IMG/VR virus record: IMGVR_UViG_3300010352_001405
Span: 64,001 to 128,000 of that record
DNA from: a virus
Lineage: Duplodnaviria > Caudoviricetes
Direction: 5' to 3' (one strand)
DNA: 64,000 nt
Below the pieces are notes generated by a model. That model was not told the origin of the DNA. It saw nothing but the letters and a program-made list of their open reading frames with translations, and searched no databases. The translations under genes were made by a program, and so were the position numbers. Of this stretch, positions 1-10,787 are shown one piece after another (positions within the stretch are counted from its first letter, which is position 1; each line of letters opens with the position of its first letter).

Positions 1-779
1 TACAAAAAGAAAATTCAAGTAAGGTTAAAAATAGATTTAAAAGCACTAATTATAATTTAAAAAAAATAGGATATACAGAAGTTCAGATAAAAAATATGAG
101 AATTGGTCCAAACCAAATAAAATATTGGACAAAAAAAGGATATAATGAAGATGATGCTAAAATTAAAATATCAGAACATCAATCTAAAATAGCTAAAGGT
201 ACCGTTAGAAAAGGAACCGGAAAATATCCAAATCAAATTGAATACTGGATAAAAAAAGGATATAACGAAAATGATGCAATAAAAAAAATTAGTGAAAGAC
301 AATCCACATTCAATTTAAAAAAATGTATAGAAAAATATGGTGAAATTGAAGGTAAACAAAAGTGGTTAGATAGACAAGAAAAATGGATGAAAAACTATAA
401 AAAGAGTAATTTTTCAAAAATTAGTCAAGAACTATTTTGGCAAATATATGATAAAATAAATAAAAATGACGAAATATATTTCGCAACATTAAAAGATAAA
501 ATGAAAGATGATAGCGGGTGTAATAATGAATACAAATTGAAATTGAAAAATAAAGTTTTAAGTCCTGATTTCTTTGTTAAAAATAAAAATAAAATAATAG
601 AATTTGACGGAACTTATTATCATAGAACTATTCCAGAAAATAAAAAAAGAGATATAATAAGAGACATTATTATTAAAGAGAATGGATATGATATACTACA
701 CGTTAATGAAAGTGAATATAAAGAAAATCCAAAGAAAATTATAAATGATTGTTTTAATTTTTTAAATGATTTAATATGA
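1..779 (+). CDS. Vsr-like (PD-(D/E)XK) free-standing homing endonuclease, 5'-partial
   Basis: Frame is open from the window start. YWxKKGY repeats, TFNLKKCIEKYG and C-terminal PDF..IIEFDGTYYH..GY..LHV. Paralogous to 18182..19303 and 27843..28805. Confidence 0.75.
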   Translation, partial: QKENSSKVKNRFKSTNYNLKKIGYTEVQIKNMRIGPNQIKYWTKKGYNEDDAKIKISEHQSKIAKGTVRKGTGKYPNQIEYWIKKGYNENDAIKKISERQSTFNLKKCIEKYGEIEGKQKWLDRQEKWMKNYKKSNFSKISQELFWQIYDKINKNDEIYFATLKDKMKDDSGCNNEYKLKLKNKVLSPDFFVKNKNKIIEFDGTYYHRTIPENKKRDIIRDIIIKENGYDILHVNESEYKENPKKIINDCFNFLNDLI

Positions 780-1120
780 GAAAATATACAGAAACTATAT
801 GTAATTCCGATTATGAAATATTGACAGACGTTGGATTCGTTGATATAAAATCAATATCTATAACCATACCTTATATTACTTGGATATTGAAAACAGAAAA
901 TTTTGAATTAAAATGTGCTGATACTCACATAGTATTTGATGATAATATGAACGAAATCTTCGTCAAGAATTTGAAAATAAATGATTTAATTTTTACTATA
1001 AATGGAATAGAAAAAGTCATATCCATAATAGAAACTGATCATGAAGAAAATATGATTGATATTGAATTATCTGAAAAATCAGAAAAAAGATTTTTTGTCA
1101 ATGGAATATTATCACATAAT
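776..1120 (+). mobile_element. IntC (115 aa) of an atypically split intein
   Basis: Block B-like LKCADTHIVF, block F/G MIDIEL..FFVNGILSHN|S; no N-terminal Cys block A. Confidence 0.85.
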
Positions 1121-1831
1121 AGCACTCTATTAAGATATATTGCAGGATTACAAACTCCAACAAGTGGTGAAATTCTTTTAAATGGAAACCCACTTACTGA
1201 AAAAGAACATATACCTATGGTTTTTCAACAATATTCATCATTTCCTTGGTATTCTGTTTTAGAAAATATTGCTCTTCCTTTGATTTTAAATAAAACTCCA
1301 AAAAAAGAAGCAAGAGAAAGAGCTATGGAAATGATTAAAATTGTTGGTTTAGAAGGACATGAAAATAAATATGCTAAATATCCATTATTATCGGGTGGTC
1401 AATTACAGAGAGTAGCCATAGCGAGAAATCTTGTCGCTAATTCGAGTATTCTTTTAATGGATGAACCATTTGGGGCGTTGGATATAGTAACACGTAGATC
1501 AATGCAGGTTTTTTTAAGAAAAATCTTTCAGGACAATAACAAAATAGATCCCACTGTTATTCTTGTAACACATGATATTAGAGAAGCTATATTTTTATCA
1601 ACAGATATATTTATTCTAGATGCAAATCCAGCCAATGTGAGATGTCATATTGAAGTGGATCTCCCCGATGTGAGAGATATACATCTTAAAAGAGAATCAA
1701 AATTTTTAGAATATGTTAATTTTATTGAGGATTTCATGGAAAAACTAGAAGTTGAAAATGAAGCAAAAAAAACAAAGAAAGTAATAGAACAAAAAAAGAA
1801 AAAAGGTAATTTTTTATTTAAACCAGTATGA
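776..1831 (+). CDS. Split-intein C-fragment fused to the C-extein of an ABC ATPase (TauB/SsuB/NrtD-like)
   Basis: After SHN: STLLRYIAGL (post-Walker A), Q-loop MVFQ, signature LSGGQ, Walker B LLMDEPFGALD, H-loop LVTHD. Walker A GK is absent. Confidence 0.85.
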   Translation: MRKYTETICNSDYEILTDVGFVDIKSISITIPYITWILKTENFELKCADTHIVFDDNMNEIFVKNLKINDLIFTINGIEKVISIIETDHEENMIDIELSEKSEKRFFVNGILSHNSTLLRYIAGLQTPTSGEILLNGNPLTEKEHIPMVFQQYSSFPWYSVLENIALPLILNKTPKKEARERAMEMIKIVGLEGHENKYAKYPLLSGGQLQRVAIARNLVANSSILLMDEPFGALDIVTRRSMQVFLRKIFQDNNKIDPTVILVTHDIREAIFLSTDIFILDANPANVRCHIEVDLPDVRDIHLKRESKFLEYVNFIEDFMEKLEVENEAKKTKKVIEQKKKKGNFLFKPV

Positions 1832-1902
1832 AAAAGATTATAAAAATAGAATTTGACAAACAATTTTTTGGAAAAAATGAAATATAAATAAAAATTAAAA
1901 AA

Positions 1903-2163
1903 ATGAAAATAGGAACATTAGAACACCCAGATATATGTCCAAAATGTGGAAAAAAGGTAATAGAATCTCCTAAATATTTAGAAGAGAAAGAATTCTCGTC
2001 TAAAGTGTATAGTGTATTTACTATCAAATGTTTAGATAATGCGTGTGGATATGAAACTGAACCATATAAAATTTTATGGGAGTCAACTATTAACAAAAAA
2101 CCTATTGATGTTACGCCAAAAAAAGAAAATTTTTTAAAAAGATTATTAAAATTTAAAAAATGA
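1903..2163 (+). CDS. Small zinc-ribbon protein
   Basis: CPKC and CxxxxC motifs. Confidence 0.5.
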   Translation: MKIGTLEHPDICPKCGKKVIESPKYLEEKEFSSKVYSVFTIKCLDNACGYETEPYKILWESTINKKPIDVTPKKENFLKRLLKFKK

Positions 2164-2242
2164 AAATATACTTATTAGAAATATGGTAAATTGAATCAGT
2201 TTTCATCTCTAATATATACAATTAAAAAAAATTAAAAAAAAT

Positions 2243-3040
2243 ATGATTGAAAAAATACGATATATTAAAAAATATAACGAAAGCTTTGATTCTTCCGATA
2301 TTGTAGAAGATGTTAAAAACATAACTAAATGGTTAAAAGAATATTTAAAAATTTCTGGAGCCAAGGGATTTGTAATTGGATTATCTGGGGGAGTAGATTC
2401 TAGTGCTGTTTGTGGTTTAGCTGTTGATGCAGCCGGAAAAGAAAATGTTATCGGTATTCTTTTACCATCTATAGTTGGATATAAAGATGATGTATTGGAT
2501 GGAAAAAGAGTCGCTAAACATTATGGAATAAAATATATTGTGCATCCAATAAAAGAAACTGTTTCCACAATAATAAAAGAAAATAAAGATATGCCGACAA
2601 TGGCTATAGCCAATATTCAAGCCAGGATAAGAATGACTTTGTTAAGAATGTATGCTGAATTGAATGGTTATCTTGTAATTGGAACCACTAATAAATCGGA
2701 AGATATGCTAGGATATTTTACCAAATCCGGTGATGGTGGTTCTGGAGTTGATGTTGAACCATTATCTCAATATTATAAATCAGAAATAAAGAAGTTTGCT
2801 AAATATTATAAATTACCATACGATTTAGTGAATAGAGTCCCGAGTGCAGGATTGTGGGCAAATCAAACGGATGAAGGTGAACTCGGATTCACTTATGATG
2901 ATTTTGAAAACTATTGGAAATGGAAATTATCTAAAAACGGAGATTGTCCTGTTACTGAAGAAGTTGTTAAAAAAATAGAAAAATTATATAGAACAACAGA
3001 ACATAAAAGAAACTTACCACCTTATTATAAGAGAAAATAA
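2243..3040 (+). CDS. nadE: NH3-dependent NAD+ synthetase
   Basis: GLSGGVDS, NIQARIRM, GTTNKSE, GYFTKSGDG, PSAGLW..QTDE, TEHKR. Confidence 0.95.
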   Translation: MIEKIRYIKKYNESFDSSDIVEDVKNITKWLKEYLKISGAKGFVIGLSGGVDSSAVCGLAVDAAGKENVIGILLPSIVGYKDDVLDGKRVAKHYGIKYIVHPIKETVSTIIKENKDMPTMAIANIQARIRMTLLRMYAELNGYLVIGTTNKSEDMLGYFTKSGDGGSGVDVEPLSQYYKSEIKKFAKYYKLPYDLVNRVPSAGLWANQTDEGELGFTYDDFENYWKWKLSKNGDCPVTEEVVKKIEKLYRTTEHKRNLPPYYKRK

Positions 3041-3046
3041 AAAAAT

Positions 3047-3997
3047 TTATTTTAAGACATTTTTCAAATCACATATTAACGAAAAAACATGAAGGGGTGG
3101 ATCCGTGGTGTTTTCGAATTCAGCGTTATATGTTTTATTTAATTCCAATAATTTAAATCCTTTATCTAAAATTATTTCTTTATGATTATTTAATAAATAT
3201 TGATAAAAAGGTCTTCCTAAAATATCAATTAACGTCTTTGGCTGATTTGCCCAATTATCCATAACAAAATAAAAGTTTTCTGAAAAGTTATTATTTTTAT
3301 TTAAAATAAAATCAAATATGTCTTTATAATTTCCTTCTATTGATATATTTTGATCTTCTGTTATATAAATAGTTTGCAAATCCTGAACAGACAATCTAAG
3401 ATCTGGAAAATTTGTATTAATTATTTTTTTTATCGTAATATCATCTACTGTCATTTTAGCATGTTTAACAACGCTCATCAAATATTTATAATAACCATTT
3501 AATAAAAAATTTCTTTCTTCATCATTCATTGGATTAAAACATATCTTATTGAATCTAGATAATAAAGGTCCTATTACTTTAGATATATCATTCATAGATA
3601 TTATAAATCTAATCCTGTGATCATATTTTTCCATAAATCCTTTAAATCCGTCTTGAAATTCAGGACTCGTTTTTTCAAATTCTTCAAGATAAACATATTT
3701 CATTTTATCATCAGTTTTGACAAGCGGAGATGGCATGGAATCACAAAAATCGAGCATTTTTTCTCTTAGTATATTTATACCATTATCTATGTTCGCATTT
3801 ATTTTCATCGAACATTTATCTTTGAGTAGAATATCTACTAATGTAGACTTTCCTGTTCCTTGACATCCATATAATAACCAATTTGCTTGATCTATACCCC
3901 TATTAAAATAATTCTTAATTCTAGGAAGTAAAACCATATTAGACATCGATTTTGGTCTATATTTTTCCCAGAAAAGTTTATTGACAATAGTTGACAT
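3047..3997 (-). CDS. Sliding-clamp loader AAA+ subunit (T4 gp44/RFC-like)
   Basis: WEKYRP, Walker A GCQGTGKS, LEEFE, LLSRF, FPDLR. Confidence 0.85.
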   Translation of the reverse strand: MSTIVNKLFWEKYRPKSMSNMVLLPRIKNYFNRGIDQANWLLYGCQGTGKSTLVDILLKDKCSMKINANIDNGINILREKMLDFCDSMPSPLVKTDDKMKYVYLEEFEKTSPEFQDGFKGFMEKYDHRIRFIISMNDISKVIGPLLSRFNKICFNPMNDEERNFLLNGYYKYLMSVVKHAKMTVDDITIKKIINTNFPDLRLSVQDLQTIYITEDQNISIEGNYKDIFDFILNKNNNFSENFYFVMDNWANQPKTLIDILGRPFYQYLLNNHKEIILDKGFKLLELNKTYNAEFENTTDPPLHVFSLICDLKNVLK

Positions 3998-4052
3998 AAT
4001 ATTCTTTTTTATTTATTTTATGCTGAAAAGAATAAAATGTTTTTTTTAATAA

Positions 4053-5858
4053 TTAAATATCTCGGTAAGTATCATTTACTATGTATTCCCAATGCCATGG
4101 TTCAGCTTGTCTGGCACCTTTTCTAGCCCAACTTGGATTAACAATACCAAAACTTGGAGCATTTTTATCCATCCATTTATATACTTCAGAATCGAATGAA
4201 ATTCCACCACCCCTGGTAGAATCACCGATATCAACAGCTATACCCCAACCATGTAATGATCTACCAGGAGTTGCAGCAAGACTTCCTTTTCTTCTTTTAA
4301 CATCGACTTGAGCTTCATATGTTCTGTAAGAGTCTGTAACGTATATACTTTTGCTGAATTTTTTCATATATTCTATATTTAATTTTATATAATTTAAAGC
4401 AAAATGTTTTTCTAGCTTTGCTGTGTTTTTCAATTCTCCACTTGAATTCCCAACTTGTATTTTTGACATATATTTATCTGGTACTTCTCCATTTAATATT
4501 ATTTGGCCGTTTACGTTCTTTGTCTTTTGACCAGTTTTTGTTGTACCTGTTGCATAATTTTGTAAAGCTCCTCCTCCAGAAGTTGTAGATTTTTCAACAT
4601 ATTGTGATTGATCATCTGTAGTAAAAACCACACTTGGATCGTAATTTTCAGCGATATCTTCGGAAGAATCATCATAAACGTCATCATTATTTTCAAAAGC
4701 CATTCCGGATATAATATCATCGGGATCTGATTGATCTTCATATGTTTCATCACCCGAATTATAATTTAGTGCCCCATTACTTTTTTGTTCTTTCTTTTCT
4801 ATTTCTTTAGCTTCTTCTTCAGTAACATATTTATAAGTTTTTTCCGGTGTTGAAACTGGAACCATGACTTGTACATAATTTTCAATGTTTTTAAAATCGT
4901 AATCAGTGAATGAAGTCTCAGTGCCTTTTTTTTCGTATAGATTTATATCTTCATTGCTGTCTATTCCGAATGGTACTTCAGATAAACCTTCAACTATATT
5001 TCCGGATGAATCTTCGGAAGAGATAGAAGTCTTTTTAATTATTGACGATGGTATAGATTCTTTTAATTCGTTATTGCTTTTTTCAAATTGTTCTATAATT
5101 TTTTCTTTTAAAACTGGATCATTTGTTATATTATTATTTATATTGACCCCGTCGTGCATTTGACTAGAAGATGTTGGTGTTCTTTTAAGTTTTTCTACTT
5201 TTCTATTATCAACAATATTCACGTAATCAGATACAAAATCTTTTCTAAGATTTTCATATTCTGCGATTGATAGTTCTAATTCTGTTTTAAGTACATTTGC
5301 TCCTTTACTATCTAACAATGAAGTCGGTTTCTTTAAAATACTCATGAATTTATCCATCCATTCAAAATATCTTGTCCCTAAAACGGCTTGTTGCGTCGAA
5401 TTTTTTGTACCTATATTTAATTTTTGATTAGCATCCTTTAATTCTAAATTAATGTTTTCATTATCTATTGTTATTTTATTATATTTATAGTCCATAGTTA
5501 GATTTGTATCATCTGCGAAAATTTGTGTTCTATGATCAATCAATATGGCGAAAAAATTAACATATTCTTCGTCTGACATATCTTTTATTTTATTAAATAC
5601 ATTTATATTATAATGATCAGAATACATGTAATAAGGTTCATATAATATGTCATTTGGAAAAAAAACAGAAACTATTTTACCGATGGCAGGTACTTCAAAA
5701 GATCTAGCACTCAAGGACTTAATTGGGGTAGCCCAAGGAATATCTTCAACAGGTATATCATCAAATATACTTTGAACTCTAATTTTAACTCTACCGAGTC
5801 TATCTGGATCAACATTGTCTTCTACTAAACCGACCCATAATTTATCTAAGTCTTTCAC
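4053..5858 (-). CDS. Baseplate hub/spike protein (gp5-like OB fold) with C-terminal M15 peptidase
   Basis: N-terminal GLVEDNVDPDRLGRVKIRV..IPWA; C-terminal SYRTYEAQ..PGRSLHGWGIAVD..EPWHWEY. Confidence 0.8.
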   Translation of the reverse strand: MKDLDKLWVGLVEDNVDPDRLGRVKIRVQSIFDDIPVEDIPWATPIKSLSARSFEVPAIGKIVSVFFPNDILYEPYYMYSDHYNINVFNKIKDMSDEEYVNFFAILIDHRTQIFADDTNLTMDYKYNKITIDNENINLELKDANQKLNIGTKNSTQQAVLGTRYFEWMDKFMSILKKPTSLLDSKGANVLKTELELSIAEYENLRKDFVSDYVNIVDNRKVEKLKRTPTSSSQMHDGVNINNNITNDPVLKEKIIEQFEKSNNELKESIPSSIIKKTSISSEDSSGNIVEGLSEVPFGIDSNEDINLYEKKGTETSFTDYDFKNIENYVQVMVPVSTPEKTYKYVTEEEAKEIEKKEQKSNGALNYNSGDETYEDQSDPDDIISGMAFENNDDVYDDSSEDIAENYDPSVVFTTDDQSQYVEKSTTSGGGALQNYATGTTKTGQKTKNVNGQIILNGEVPDKYMSKIQVGNSSGELKNTAKLEKHFALNYIKLNIEYMKKFSKSIYVTDSYRTYEAQVDVKRRKGSLAATPGRSLHGWGIAVDIGDSTRGGGISFDSEVYKWMDKNAPSFGIVNPSWARKGARQAEPWHWEYIVNDTYRDI

Positions 5859-8800
5859 CTTCTAAATTATCTTTTTTTTCTTCTCTTTTGTTTTTTTCTA
5901 AATCTTCTTCATTAACATTGAAATATTCCATTGGTAATTTATTTATTTTATCTCCTGAAATATTAGAATAGTCTAATTCCTTTCTATCAATTGAAGATTC
6001 ATCATTGACATTCATATTAATAATTTTCTTTTGAATATTCGTATTATTAATAATATCATTTTTTTCTAGGACTTTTTTAGTTATAATTTTTTCTTTATTG
6101 ACATTATAATTATCTAACGTTTTTTTGTCTTTACTGATTTCATCATTAATGTTAGAATATTCGATTGGATTTTTTTGAATAGTTTCAGAACTATTTAAAT
6201 TCAAATCAGGTATTATTTTTTCTACTGATGATTTATCATATTGAATAATTGGAATTTGTTTTTCATTTTTTTCAAATGGAGTTATATTAAACTCATCTAA
6301 TATGTTATTTTTAATTACAATATTATCTCCAATTATATTTCCAAGATTAGCTGTATTATTTGCTTCTATTATATTATTATACAACTTTATTTCATTTAAT
6401 CTATCATTCTCTTCAATTTCATTATCATATAATTTATCAAGATTAATTTTATTTTTTTCTTCAAATTTATATAAATATATTGGATCTAATAATTTTTTAA
6501 TCGAAGATTGTTCATAAACTCTGTCATAAGACATTTCTTCTTTTTGTTTTTTATCCATTGATATAAATCCTAAATTTATTAAATTTCTTTCAGAATTGTT
6601 ATTATATTTATAAATTTTTTCAAAATTTATATTTTGTTCAATTTTATTATATAAATAATTAACATTCATTATTTGACGATAAGACGTGTTAGAATACAAA
6701 TAATTTTGAGTTATTTCTTTTGCTGAAATTGCATTATTATATATTAATATAGTATCAAATGATCTTTTCATTACGGAGTTTTGATATAACGTTTCAAATT
6801 CGATATTATTATTTCTATTAACTTCATTATTATATGCCACTATATTGTCTAAAGTCTTTTTTATATTAACTGAATTTTCATAAGAAAATATTAATTCGAA
6901 TGGACTTATTTTTTTGATATCGTCATTTGCTCTTAAATTATTTAACTCCTTATTTATACTTATCGCGTTGTTGTATATATGATATTCATGCAAATCATTA
7001 AATTTCAATCTCTTAGTGAATAAATATGTTAAAGGCATAATATTAGAATGGTCCACTCCTAAAAACAAAACACCAAGATCCACAATTCTAGGATTATATA
7101 TGTTTTGATATAAATTTCCCATATTTCCAAAAATCTTTGGTTTAATTGATATGGATATTCTATCATTATCTAAAGGTAATTTATTATTAAAAGAATTATC
7201 TATATTTCCAAGTCCGCCTAATTGATGAGGTGTGAAACTAGTGTCTATATTTCCAAGATTGCCAAATACATGTGGGTTAAAATATAAATTTATATATCCC
7301 ATATCAACAGGATTAGATGGAAACGATACGAATGGAATAACACCAAGTCCGCCTAATTGATGAGGAGTGAAACTAGTATCTATATTTCCAAGATTGCCAA
7401 ATGGATGTGGGTTAAAATATAAATTTATATATCCCATATCAACGGGCTTAGGTGGAAAAGAAGCAAATGGAATAACACCGAGTCCGCCTAATTGATGAGG
7501 AGTGAAATATAAATTTATATATCCCATATCAACGGGCTTAGGTGGAAAAGAAGCAAATGGAATAACACCGAGTCCGCCTAATTGATGAGGAGTGAAATAT
7601 AAATTTATATATCCCATATCAACGGGCTTAGGTGCATAAGATACGAATGGAATATATCCAAGATTACCTAATGGACGAGGAGTGAAACTAGTGTCTATAT
7701 TTCCAAGATTTCCTATTAGTCGTGAATAGAAACTAGTATCAATATTACCTAAATCTATGTTTGGACTAGGATTGATTGACAAATCAATGGTTCCCATATC
7801 AACTGGAGTTAACTCTCTATGAGTCGTGTTTATTCTCCAATTTTCTGGATATGGTATAGATTGAGTTGATGTATTTATATAAAGAGGTGGCATCGGAGGG
7901 CCCAATCCATGAATACCTCCTAAGAACATATTAATTATTCTAAATGGTAATTCAAATAAAAAATTTCCGTAAATTTGACCATTTAAACTGTCTAATAAAT
8001 TCATATTATCATTTATAATGTCAGCTGTAGTTTTAGAATATCCATAATTCCATTCGGAATTAGAAACACTTGGTTCATAGGGCCTAGAAACATCAGCTAG
8101 GTCTTGAGAATGCATGAAATAAACGTCCGGATTGGTTGTTACAGTTGAGTCTGAATTTATCTCTGAGTTTATTATTGCTGGTTCATATATTCTTCCAATA
8201 TCTTCAAGATCGGATGTCCTATCTGTGTTTTCCGTATCTGACGACACTTTATTATAAAATTTATCATGATCATAATACGTTGAATCAGCTATACCATTAG
8301 TTCTTCCGGTGGATGTTTGTAAGTCATTATCATTATTATATTTTGATAAATTTGATAATTTTTCATTAAATGATTCAGGGGAAGAAGCATTATTTAAAAA
8401 TACCGTATTTAGACCATCTTTGAAACTTTCTACATTTTTATCCTTATTATTTAATTTTAGAGTGCTAGAACCATTTTCGAAAGAATCCATTATTAATGGA
8501 TTTTCTGTTTCAATTTCAATAGATTTATAATAAATATCAAATTTCAAACTAGCTGGTTTATCAATTTTTCCGGCATCAAATCCACCAACAGTTAACGAAT
8601 CATCAAAATTTTTAGAATCAAAGAAATTAAATGAACAATCTCTTAAAACGTATATGATATAAGATTTATCGAATTTTGTAGTAGTTCCTGTATCACCTTC
8701 GGGTATATAATATGACATGTTTCTAACATCAGATATTTTTATGTACATATTAAACCTCAATAAATTAGCCGGAATCATATATCTTTGTTCTTTATATGAA

Positions 8801-9381
8801 TATGCCAAATTTTTGTATAAATTAGATAAATATGATGAAATCATTGATAAATCTTCATTTAAAGTTATTGTTATTTTATCTTTTTCAAAATCTACCATTT
8901 TTTTAGTTAAAAGATTCAAGCCTTCTATACTGTTGATATAATAGGATTTATTTCTTTCTAATTGATTGAAATTAGTGTTAAATAAAAAATATAATGTTTT
9001 TAGAAATTCAGAATGTAATTTTTTTCTTGCGTTAATTGCTGGAATATTACCATAATCATCTAAAAATTTAGATAAACCATATTTATATGTTGTTCCTGAT
9101 TCAACTATAAATAAAGGAGAATATCGAGTATCCAATACTATATCAAAAATAGGAAATAAAGGATCTTGAAAAAAGAACATAGGGTCTGAATATTTCCCAC
9201 TCAAATCAGCATAATCTAAACCGTATTTAAAATTAGTTGAATCATAATCGACTGTGGTCTGCACATCAACAAAAGATGGTTCTATAACTTGTTTATAATC
9301 ACTATCGTAACCACTACCGTCCTTACCGTCTGGTATTTTTGGAATGTATTTATTAACTGACATTATGTTTATATCATCCAT
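5842..9381 (-). CDS. Large repeat-containing putative baseplate/tail protein
   Basis: 1179 aa within the baseplate operon; 15/30-aa internal repeats. Confidence 0.45.
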   Translation of the reverse strand: MDDINIMSVNKYIPKIPDGKDGSGYDSDYKQVIEPSFVDVQTTVDYDSTNFKYGLDYADLSGKYSDPMFFFQDPLFPIFDIVLDTRYSPLFIVESGTTYKYGLSKFLDDYGNIPAINARKKLHSEFLKTLYFLFNTNFNQLERNKSYYINSIEGLNLLTKKMVDFEKDKITITLNEDLSMISSYLSNLYKNLAYSYKEQRYMIPANLLRFNMYIKISDVRNMSYYIPEGDTGTTTKFDKSYIIYVLRDCSFNFFDSKNFDDSLTVGGFDAGKIDKPASLKFDIYYKSIEIETENPLIMDSFENGSSTLKLNNKDKNVESFKDGLNTVFLNNASSPESFNEKLSNLSKYNNDNDLQTSTGRTNGIADSTYYDHDKFYNKVSSDTENTDRTSDLEDIGRIYEPAIINSEINSDSTVTTNPDVYFMHSQDLADVSRPYEPSVSNSEWNYGYSKTTADIINDNMNLLDSLNGQIYGNFLFELPFRIINMFLGGIHGLGPPMPPLYINTSTQSIPYPENWRINTTHRELTPVDMGTIDLSINPSPNIDLGNIDTSFYSRLIGNLGNIDTSFTPRPLGNLGYIPFVSYAPKPVDMGYINLYFTPHQLGGLGVIPFASFPPKPVDMGYINLYFTPHQLGGLGVIPFASFPPKPVDMGYINLYFNPHPFGNLGNIDTSFTPHQLGGLGVIPFVSFPSNPVDMGYINLYFNPHVFGNLGNIDTSFTPHQLGGLGNIDNSFNNKLPLDNDRISISIKPKIFGNMGNLYQNIYNPRIVDLGVLFLGVDHSNIMPLTYLFTKRLKFNDLHEYHIYNNAISINKELNNLRANDDIKKISPFELIFSYENSVNIKKTLDNIVAYNNEVNRNNNIEFETLYQNSVMKRSFDTILIYNNAISAKEITQNYLYSNTSYRQIMNVNYLYNKIEQNINFEKIYKYNNNSERNLINLGFISMDKKQKEEMSYDRVYEQSSIKKLLDPIYLYKFEEKNKINLDKLYDNEIEENDRLNEIKLYNNIIEANNTANLGNIIGDNIVIKNNILDEFNITPFEKNEKQIPIIQYDKSSVEKIIPDLNLNSSETIQKNPIEYSNINDEISKDKKTLDNYNVNKEKIITKKVLEKNDIINNTNIQKKIINMNVNDESSIDRKELDYSNISGDKINKLPMEYFNVNEEDLEKNKREEKKDNLEGERLR
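7200..7760 (-). repeat. Coding tandem repeats (45/90-bp units)
   Basis: Near-identical PFASFPPKPVDMGYINLYFTPHQLGGLGVI and GNLGNIDTSFTP units. Confidence 0.85.
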
Positions 9382-9386
9382 TTTAT

Positions 9387-10787
9387 TTATTTATTTTCAG
9401 TTCCTTTACTATCTCTCTCACCAAGGGCTGTTAATTCCCTTTTAACCACAGTTATTTCTTGAACCATTTTGCCTCGTTTTTTCCCTCTTTTTGTATATGT
9501 GAAATTTATACCTATAATTAACCAATCACCACTTAATCTTTCGTTTAATTTATATTTGTCTTGATTTTTAGCTTTTTCAACATCAGATTTAGTAACTGGA
9601 TTTAAATCAGAATCAAGTTCACGTAATTTATATATTTCAATATTCACTGGTTGAAATCTATATAATTGAAAATTAATATTTTTAAGAATTATATTCATTC
9701 TTATTTTTTGTAAAAATTCCAAATTATGTTCGTTTAATTTATCAGCGTATAAATAATTCTTATGAGCATTATTTTGATCTAATTTTCCTAAAAAATAATT
9801 TTTTCTTTGATTTATTCCATAATTATTATCTTTTGGTTGTCCTTTCATAACTATCAAATTATTCTTATCGCTTTTCGAAGAAATGGTATCTAATTTGACA
9901 ATTGAAAAATTCTTATCTTTTAAATCATAATAATAAATATATGGATTATATCCTAATGTGAAATTAACATCGGTCGAATTGTTTATTAAATTATATTTAT
10001 CAATATATAGATTAGTGGAATTCTTATCTGGGTGATTTGATAAAATTAATGGAAGAGTAGTTTGTTCTCCTGTTAAACTTTCTGTACTAGCCATTGTTTT
10101 ACTATTAGTGTTTTCCTTTAATTGTTTTTCAATGTCAATATAATTTAAATTATAAAAGAAATCAACATAAGCCCAAGTGAATGTATCATCACTTATGTAT
10201 GATTTTTTGACAATTTCAGGTATTTGTTCTCTCACAAAATCAACACCACAGTTTATCCACACCATTTCATCATTAGTCTTTTCTATATTTGAAGCAAATC
10301 CCAAATCTGTCTTTTCGGCAATTGTTTTTAAAACATCATAACTCGTTCCTTTATTACTACTGTTTTGAATATAATATGGTACATTTAACTCTCCAAATAA
10401 CTCATATATTTTGTCTTCTACATCCCCTCCTTTATTTTTTACAGCACCGAATTTTGTAATATAAAAATCCATTCTAATTGACATCAATAATTCGGAGTTA
10501 GATCTTATTAAGATACTTACTATTTGTTGATCTAATGGATATTTGGAATCAAATATTTTATTTGTTGGATCTCTAAATGTCATTTCAATCATAGGTAGAA
10601 ATCTATCATTATAAAGCCTAAAATATATAACATCATTATTTTCAACAGTAACCCCATTAATAACAATGTATGGTAATTTTCCAATACTATCACTATAATC
10701 TTTAGCATCTTTATCCTTAACCCCCTCTTTATATTCCATTTGGATGGTTAATAATTTTTTATTTGATCTATTTATAACCTCTATCAT
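9387..10787 (-). CDS. Putative baseplate hub/tail protein
   Basis: Lies between the gp53-like and gp5-like genes; C-terminal LSGDWLIIGINF strand typical of hub proteins. Confidence 0.45.
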   Translation of the reverse strand: MIEVINRSNKKLLTIQMEYKEGVKDKDAKDYSDSIGKLPYIVINGVTVENNDVIYFRLYNDRFLPMIEMTFRDPTNKIFDSKYPLDQQIVSILIRSNSELLMSIRMDFYITKFGAVKNKGGDVEDKIYELFGELNVPYYIQNSSNKGTSYDVLKTIAEKTDLGFASNIEKTNDEMVWINCGVDFVREQIPEIVKKSYISDDTFTWAYVDFFYNLNYIDIEKQLKENTNSKTMASTESLTGEQTTLPLILSNHPDKNSTNLYIDKYNLINNSTDVNFTLGYNPYIYYYDLKDKNFSIVKLDTISSKSDKNNLIVMKGQPKDNNYGINQRKNYFLGKLDQNNAHKNYLYADKLNEHNLEFLQKIRMNIILKNINFQLYRFQPVNIEIYKLRELDSDLNPVTKSDVEKAKNQDKYKLNERLSGDWLIIGINFTYTKRGKKRGKMVQEITVVKRELTALGERDSKGTENK

